This document shows, piece by piece, positions 5,793 through 11,099 of a stretch of 11,099 nt of DNA. The position numbers and the translations under genes are program-made. Within the stretch, counting starts at the first letter, position 1. Each line of letters starts with the position of its first letter. The stretch is taken from positions 1 through 11,099 of the forward strand of contig JBILDU010000096.1 of NCBI GenBank assembly GCA_044352465.1. The letters are read 5' to 3'. The notes under the pieces are model-generated. The model saw only the letters and a program-made list of their open reading frames with translations, was not told where the DNA came from and ran no database searches. Origin of the DNA: Bdellovibrionota bacterium. GTDB lineage: Bacteria; Bdellovibrionota_C; UBA2361.

Positions 5793-6728
5793 CTATCCTT
5801 CGCACCGGGAGCGCCAGGTCTTATAAAATTTGCCCGGCAAGGAGGCCCCCACGATGGCCTCAGCCAGGACGGCTGCCTCGGCTAACTTCGCTAGTTCGAG
5901 CCCGGTCGAAATACCGAGTTCCTCACACAAGAAAGCGACATCCTCGGTCGGGACATTTCCCGCTGCGCCTCGGGCAAACGGACACCCACCGAGACCACCG
6001 ATCGAGCAATCGAAGATATCAACCCCGACCTCAAGACCAGCGTAGACGTTGGCCATACCGCTTCCCCGGGTGTCGTGAAGGTGAAGGGAAACAACCGAGT
6101 CCGGAAACTCCCGTCGCACCGCCTCAATTCGTTCCTGAAGCATCACCGGGGTGGCCCATCCCATCGTATCAGCGAGGCAGATCTCTGCTAATTTCCCACC
6201 GCTCGACTCAACGTGCGCCACGACCTGCTGAAGAATCGACACAATTTTCCCGGTTGGAATTGCCCCCTCAAAGTTACACCCGAAAGCGGTGGACAACATG
6301 ATCCCTCGAACCCCCTTACCGCGCGAACGGAAGGCCTCGATCCATCGCGGAATCTCCCCGATACCCGCCGCTACGGTGGTATTGCTATTCCGTTTTAAAA
6401 AGGTCTCGCTCGCCGCGAGGTAGAGCCACCCCTCGTTCTGCAGTCGCCCCGTGTCCTCGGCGCGAAGGAATCCATTCGGATTGAGATAAAGACCGGTGTA
6501 GTTAATTCCTGGGTGAGCAACGTAACGCTCCACCACGTCGACGGCATCGGCCATCTGCGGAACTTTGTCAGGGCGAACAAATGAGGTGATCTCGATATCT
6601 TTGAGCCCGGTCCCAGAGAGCGCTTCAATAAGTTCGAGCTTACGCTCTGTCGGCACCACGGCGGCGAGAGTTTGAAACCCCTCACGCGGTCCGACCTCGC
6701 GGATTTTGACTTTTTTAGGGAGCGCCAT
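5793..6728 (-). CDS. hmgL: Hydroxymethylglutaryl-CoA lyase family enzyme (DRE-TIM metallolyase)
   Basis: EVGPREGFQ, IEITSFVRPDKVPQMAD, LSTAFGC, LADTMG, LHLHDTRG (metal His pair), GGLGGCPFARGAAGNVPTED (catalytic Cys). Confidence 0.93.
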   Translation of the reverse strand: MALPKKVKIREVGPREGFQTLAAVVPTERKLELIEALSGTGLKDIEITSFVRPDKVPQMADAVDVVERYVAHPGINYTGLYLNPNGFLRAEDTGRLQNEGWLYLAASETFLKRNSNTTVAAGIGEIPRWIEAFRSRGKGVRGIMLSTAFGCNFEGAIPTGKIVSILQQVVAHVESSGGKLAEICLADTMGWATPVMLQERIEAVRREFPDSVVSLHLHDTRGSGMANVYAGLEVGVDIFDCSIGGLGGCPFARGAAGNVPTEDVAFLCEELGISTGLELAKLAEAAVLAEAIVGASLPGKFYKTWRSRCEG

Positions 6729-6748
6729 AAAACCCCGTAATCCCCTGA

Positions 6749-6778
6749 TTGCTTACCCCGCACAGTATCCAATAAAAT
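6749..6778 (+). promoter_or_regulatory. Putative sigma70 promoter for ilvA
   Basis: TTGCTT (6749-6754), 18-nt spacer, TAAAAT (6773-6778), then 7 nt to ATG 6786. Confidence 0.45.
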
Positions 6779-6785
6779 GTCATCC

Positions 6786-8027
6786 ATGGGAACAAGTTCA
6801 ACTTCCGACCAAGCACTGTGTACAAGCCGCGCCTTGATAGAGGCCGCCCTCCCCCGCATCCGCGCGGCCTTGCCGATAACCCCGCTCACTCACTCGCCCG
6901 CTCTGAGTGAGGTTTCGGGGCGCGAGATATTCATAAAATGGGAGAACCGACACCGCACCGGCTCCTTTAAAGAAAGAGGTGCGGTCAACTTCGTGGCGCT
7001 CCACGGCGCCGACTCGAAAAACGGAGTGTGCGCCGCGAGCGCGGGGAACCACGCCCTAGCACTCAGTTACCATGCGGCGCGGGCGGGCATTCCATGCCAC
7101 ATCGTCATGCCCGTCTCAGCGCCCCTCGTGAAGGTCCAAGCAACCCGCAAAACCGGGGCTGAGGTGATCCTCTTCGGCAACACGTTCGACGAGGCCTACG
7201 CGCACGGCGTCGCGCTAGCTGAGGAAAAAGGGTACGCCTACTGCCCCGCGTTTGATCACCCCTCCGTGATTGCAGGTCAAGGTACCGCCGGTCTCGAGAT
7301 CCTCGAACAACTAGCTGACTTTGATTCGGTGATCGTCCCGATTGGGGGTGGTGGACTCATCTCGGGTATCTCAACCGCCATCAAATCACAACGACCCGAT
7401 GTCTTTTTCCTCGGAGTCCAATCCGAATGGGTCGTCAACGCTCGCGCCAAAAAAGCTGACCCCTCAGCACCCCAACCACTCATTCCGCCCACCTCGATCG
7501 CCGATGGAATCGCCGTAAAAACTATCGGCAAGCTCACTGCTCCGATCATCGCTGCAAACGTTGACGAGGTAGTCACCGTTTCGGAGAACCAGATAGCAAA
7601 TGCGATCATGCGGCTCCTGGAACTCGAGCGTACCGTGGTTGAGGGGGCGGGAGCTGCTGGGATAGCCGCACTCCTCGCGGGGATGCTCCCGGCAAAATAC
7701 AAACGCACCGCGGTCGTCGTCTGCGGCAGCAACATCGACACCAGCGTCCTTTCGCGGCTCATCGAACGCGACATGGCGCAACGAGACCGGTTGCTACGGC
7801 TGTTGGTCTCGGTACCCGATCGACCGGGCTCGCTGCACGCCACGACCGGAATCGTGGCGCGCCTCGGCGCCAACGTGCTGCAGGTTTACCATGATCGCTC
7901 CTCGACCAGCTTGCCTGGAAACGTCGACATCGCATTTGTCCTTGAGGTCCGGGACCACCCCCACAAGGAGGCTGTCGTTTCTGGAATCAGAGAAGCGGGG
8001 CTCGAGGTAAAGGAGCTCGAACACTAA
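6786..8027 (+). CDS. ilvA: Threonine ammonia-lyase (PLP-dependent), short form with C-terminal ACT domain
   Basis: KWENRHRTGSFKERGA (PLP Lys), ASAGNHA, FDHPSVIAGQGT, PIGGGGLISG, IADGIAVK, VVEGAGA, CGSNID, and ACT motif VPDRPGSL. The start may be 6777 or 6786; 6786 is preferred from promoter geometry. Confidence 0.96.
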   Translation: MGTSSTSDQALCTSRALIEAALPRIRAALPITPLTHSPALSEVSGREIFIKWENRHRTGSFKERGAVNFVALHGADSKNGVCAASAGNHALALSYHAARAGIPCHIVMPVSAPLVKVQATRKTGAEVILFGNTFDEAYAHGVALAEEKGYAYCPAFDHPSVIAGQGTAGLEILEQLADFDSVIVPIGGGGLISGISTAIKSQRPDVFFLGVQSEWVVNARAKKADPSAPQPLIPPTSIADGIAVKTIGKLTAPIIAANVDEVVTVSENQIANAIMRLLELERTVVEGAGAAGIAALLAGMLPAKYKRTAVVVCGSNIDTSVLSRLIERDMAQRDRLLRLLVSVPDRPGSLHATTGIVARLGANVLQVYHDRSSTSLPGNVDIAFVLEVRDHPHKEAVVSGIREAGLEVKELEH

Positions 8028-8082
8028 GCACGCGCAGCGGGTTAGCCTTAACGGGCCTGACGAGCGCACCCCATGATTTACT

Positions 8083-8117
8083 CGCATTTTCGACACCTTA
8101 GCAAAGGTGTCGATGCG
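8083..8117. other. Strong stem-loop downstream of ilvA (possible 3' protective or terminator-like hairpin)
   Basis: TCGACACCTT (8090-8099), loop AGCA, AAGGTGTCGA (8104-8113); extendable by CGCA/TGCG with a bulge; no downstream U-tract on either strand. Confidence 0.5.
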
Positions 8118-8310
8118 CCTGAGGTTCTCAGCACACCGCGGTAGAGTGGCTTAAGCAATTTAAGCCGGATCAATCCCATAACGAAGTATATGGCTTTCTG
8201 CGCTAAAAGAATCGTAATCTTCTGGGAAATTAAATTTAAATCCGTCGGGGTAAACTTCTCGGCGTTCTCATGATCGGCTCAGCTAAGCGCACCGACTAAC
8301 GACACCAAAG

Positions 8311-8859
8311 ATGCAGAGCGACCGCAAAAAGATCACCCTCCACTCAACCGAAGTTGAAGTGGGCGCTTTGCAAGGGGCCCACATGGAGCGACCACAGCTC
8401 GCCGGCCCCCTCAACGGCCCCGATCAAGTTGCACCGGTCGGCCCAGGGCAATCACCCCAAGAGTTCCTCCATACTTCATTTAGCTTCGAGACCCCGCGGG
8501 CAAAGATTCAAGAGGGGCCCCAGCGTGTCACCGCCGAGCGCATTCGACAGATCCGATCCTCTATCGCTGTTCGCTCCAAACAGGCGAACAACACCAGGCA
8601 CCGCGACTCCCCGGAGAACACCAAGATATCCCTTTCTCACGGGGAAACGATTATCGATCGAGTCATGGCGTGGATAGCCCTATCGTTAAAGTCACTCGAG
8701 CTACGACTCTTCTCAAGACCGAAGGCCTCGACGCCCAAAAATGCACCACAGCCAGATCGAGAGAAGAGAAGGCGTGAGCGCGAATCGAAAGAAAGGCAGC
8801 GGCTTGAGCACGCGATGCGGGCGCGGCGAGAAAAGCGAGGTCCCGGAAAACTCCGCTAA
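8311..8859 (+). CDS. Hypothetical protein, 182 aa, Arg/Lys-rich C-terminus
   Basis: ATG-started ORF filling the gap between ilvA and the convergent gene; largely polar, with one amphipathic helix (IIDRVMAWIALSLKSLELRLF) and a highly charged tail. Confidence 0.6.
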   Translation: MQSDRKKITLHSTEVEVGALQGAHMERPQLAGPLNGPDQVAPVGPGQSPQEFLHTSFSFETPRAKIQEGPQRVTAERIRQIRSSIAVRSKQANNTRHRDSPENTKISLSHGETIIDRVMAWIALSLKSLELRLFSRPKASTPKNAPQPDREKRRRERESKERQRLEHAMRARREKRGPGKLR

Positions 8860-8884
8860 AAACCTCTCCCCGCCCCAGGAGAAA
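8858..8884 (-). terminator. Possible intrinsic terminator for the 8946-9821 gene
   Basis: Minus strand TTTCTCCT-GGGGCG-GGGAGAGG (8 bp with G-U pairs) followed by TTTTT, ~60 nt after the stop codon. Confidence 0.4.
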
Positions 8885-8945
8885 TGGAGCCCTTATCCCG
8901 CACTCAGATAGCCGCAGTTCGAACGAGCTTGGTGTCTCCCGGTGA

Positions 8946-9821
8946 CTATTTACTCGCCTTCAAACGGGCGATCTCAGGACCTACGAAGCTCTCCTGTTCG
9001 GGCTGTGCGGTTAAGATTCCCTCAAGGATGCTCAACGCAGACTCGCGCTCGGCAGGCGAGCTCGCGATATGCGCGAGAGCCACACCAGCTGACACCCGGG
9101 TGTAAACACCTTTCGTCGCGAGCTCGGTCAGAGCTTCAATGCCCTCATTCCGCGTCTCAACCCCATCAATCAAAGTACGCGCCAGCGCAATCGCACGAAG
9201 CTCCGTCGCGAGATCAGGCTTCTCACCGAGAGCCACCGAGCCAGAGGCGAGTCCCAGGGCTGCACGCATCTCCGCCACCCGTTTCTCCGGTGCCGCGCTC
9301 CCACGCGCGAGAAGCCCCTTATAAAGTCCCCCCAACTCCTGATACGGAGACCGTGCATCAACGAGGGAGCCCAGGTGGCCCTCGATCCGACGCTGCGCCT
9401 CTCCGAGCTGCCGCTCCAGTTCGGTCACCCGACCCTCAGCTGGGTCGACGGCTTTTGGGTCGCTCTCAGTGGTACCTTTCTTAGCGTCATCTTTTTTATC
9501 ACCGAGTTTCTTCCGCGCATCTGCGAGTTGCACCTCAAGCCCGAGGATCTGCTCGTACTCAGCCCGCGCGCGATTAAAGATATCGGCGGAGCGCTCGAGA
9601 TCCGCTACCCGAGTATCTCGAAACACCTGCTGTGCGTAGAGGAGCGCGGCAACACATCCAACCAGGAGGAGCACCTGCCTCCAATGACGTTGAAGAAATC
9701 GAAACACCGGATCATCGTTGATAGTCTGACGCATTGCCGGATCGGTGAAGATGTCGTGCCCCTCGGGGGTCACTGGCGGGGAACTGGGAGCTTGGGGGGC
9801 GGTTGGTTGATTGTTAGTCAC
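8946..9821 (-). CDS. Single-pass membrane protein with helical/TPR-like periplasmic domain (YfgM-like)
   Basis: FRFLQRHWRQVLLLVGCVAALLYAQQVF...ERSADIFNRA resembles the YfgM/TPR_21 N-terminal pattern; the rest is Ala/Leu/Glu-rich helical repeats with a charged insert (KKLGDKKDDAKKG). GTG start. Confidence 0.7.
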   Translation of the reverse strand: MTNNQPTAPQAPSSPPVTPEGHDIFTDPAMRQTINDDPVFRFLQRHWRQVLLLVGCVAALLYAQQVFRDTRVADLERSADIFNRARAEYEQILGLEVQLADARKKLGDKKDDAKKGTTESDPKAVDPAEGRVTELERQLGEAQRRIEGHLGSLVDARSPYQELGGLYKGLLARGSAAPEKRVAEMRAALGLASGSVALGEKPDLATELRAIALARTLIDGVETRNEGIEALTELATKGVYTRVSAGVALAHIASSPAERESALSILEGILTAQPEQESFVGPEIARLKASK

Positions 9822-10058
9822 AGCGTAAGCTTAAAAATAAAAACGGGCCCTTCAGCCTGGCACGGCGACTCACCGCGGATGACAGTGCGCCCCATAAAAT
9901 GGCGCACCGATCGTCCGGCCAAACGATCTTTTAACAATGGGAAATTGCCATTTTCATCGAGTTTTTTCAAGCGAATACCTCAGAGTCAAGAGTCACCAGG
10001 AGCGCCTCTTGATTGGGCCCTGAACCTCTTTTACCTCGGGGGAGCGGGGATGAAACGA

Positions 10059-10084
10059 GCGCCGGACAAAGGCGCCGGACAAGG
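10059..10084. repeat. Short tandem duplication GCGCCGGACAA(A/G)G x2
   Basis: GCGCCGGACAAAG (10059-10071) followed by GCGCCGGACAAGG (10072-10084). Confidence 0.8.
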
Positions 10085-10333
10085 GTGAGGAAAGACTCCC
10101 TCCAAGCCTCTCACATGCGCACGGGCCAATTCATTCCTGAGAGTTTCTTTAGGGTTTTTCCTGAACTATTTAGCCGCGAAGAATCCGAGTTCGCCTTGCA
10201 AAGAACGGGGGCCCCCTACTCCATCGGTTCTTCTCCAGATGGGGTCGATCAGAGGACGACGGTGTGACAGCTCTTGTCCAGTGCCTGGCCAACTGAATCG
10301 AGGCAAATCAATTAACGCCGCGGCTCGGGGCCC

Positions 10334-10948
10334 CTACATCTTGTACTTAAAGTCGTCCGGATCGAGCTCACTGAGGATATCGTTCCACTTGTCTTTGTCG
10401 ATGTGGCGAAAATCTTTGTCCTGCTCTTCCTCCTGCGGCGCCTCAGCTACTTGCCCCTCAGGATTACTATGCTCCTCTGATTTCGGTTCGCTCGACTCCC
10501 CCTGCCCTGCGGCGTCCGCGGATCCGGGTGGCAGCGCAAAATTCATCTTCGCTTGATCGAGCACCACTTGTGCTACGAAAATCGGAGCCTCGCTCCGGAG
10601 TGCTATCCCGATAGCATCGCTCGGACGAGCATCGAGGGTGAAAACTCGCTCTCCGTGGGAAAGGGTCAATTCAGCAAAATAGGTGGAGTCTTTCAAATCG
10701 GTGATAACGATACGCTGAACCTTTACCCCCAGCTCATCGAGAGCATTCTGCATCAGGTCGTGGGTCAGCGGGCGCTGCATCGCCACCTGCTTTATAGCAC
10801 TCGCTATCGAGGTCGCTTCAGCCACACCGATCCAGATCGGCAGAGCGATCTTCCCCGTTTCATCCTTAAGCACCACAACCGGTGCCTGGGTGTTCGGGTC
10901 GAGCACCAGCCCGCCTACGAACATCTCAATAACAGCTTCCTTGGACAT
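10334..10948 (-). CDS. Bifunctional nuclease family protein (DUF151/BFN)
   Basis: PVVVLKD, LPIWIGVAEATSI, RPLTHDL, ITDLKDSTYFAEL, LDARPSDAIGIALRSEAPIFV; acidic tail ending LSELDPDDFKYKM; SD-like GAAGGAAG upstream. Confidence 0.95.
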   Translation of the reverse strand: MSKEAVIEMFVGGLVLDPNTQAPVVVLKDETGKIALPIWIGVAEATSIASAIKQVAMQRPLTHDLMQNALDELGVKVQRIVITDLKDSTYFAELTLSHGERVFTLDARPSDAIGIALRSEAPIFVAQVVLDQAKMNFALPPGSADAAGQGESSEPKSEEHSNPEGQVAEAPQEEEQDKDFRHIDKDKWNDILSELDPDDFKYKM

Positions 10949-11099
10949 CGCGCTTCCTTCGCTAACCTTGCGCCGACAGCCTCGCCCTGCGCATCACCGT
11001 GATACTTTAGGATCGCAGATTACGACCACTTCCACCAGCGTTTTTAGCCCCTAACCGATGAGTCTGATTATTAATTTCACCCAACTACGAACTAACAAC

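Noticed and set aside
8151..8163. CtrA box
   Set aside because: Spacing is TTAA-N5-TTAA rather than N7.
9858..9873. Sigma54 promoter (TGGCACG)
   Set aside because: The -24 box is present, but the -12 position reads CTCA instead of TTGC, and it points away from the nearest gene.
9375..10267. Plus-strand ORFs 9375-10088 and 10013-10267
   Set aside because: The first is largely antisense to the YfgM-like gene; neither has an ATG start with SD or a recognisable domain.

Overview
GC-rich bacterial chromosomal window, mostly housekeeping and hypothetical genes; no transposase, integrase, rRNA, tRNA or CRISPR array was seen. In order: orphan CDS (195-1124 +), a ~770 nt non-coding gap, DUF2231 membrane protein (-), atypical receiver-PP2C/SpoIIE phosphatase (-), polytopic membrane protein (+), Rieske-fold lipoprotein lacking its Fe-S ligands (-), 96-aa hypothetical (-), HMG-CoA lyase family enzyme (-), threonine ammonia-lyase IlvA with ACT domain (+), basic hypothetical (+), YfgM-like membrane-anchored helical protein (-), and a DUF151 bifunctional nuclease (-). 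The most notable signal is an unannotated ~405 nt element (1202-1606). It is closed by a perfect 13-bp inverted repeat and holds three 13-14 bp hairpins whose + strand mismatches become G-U pairs on the - strand. The hairpins sit in repeated modules with pyrimidine-rich anti-Shine-Dalgarno-like linkers, making this a candidate large modular ncRNA on the minus strand. The second highlight is the cofactor-less pseudo-Rieske lipoprotein. All family calls come from motif recognition by eye; no searches or folding programs were run.
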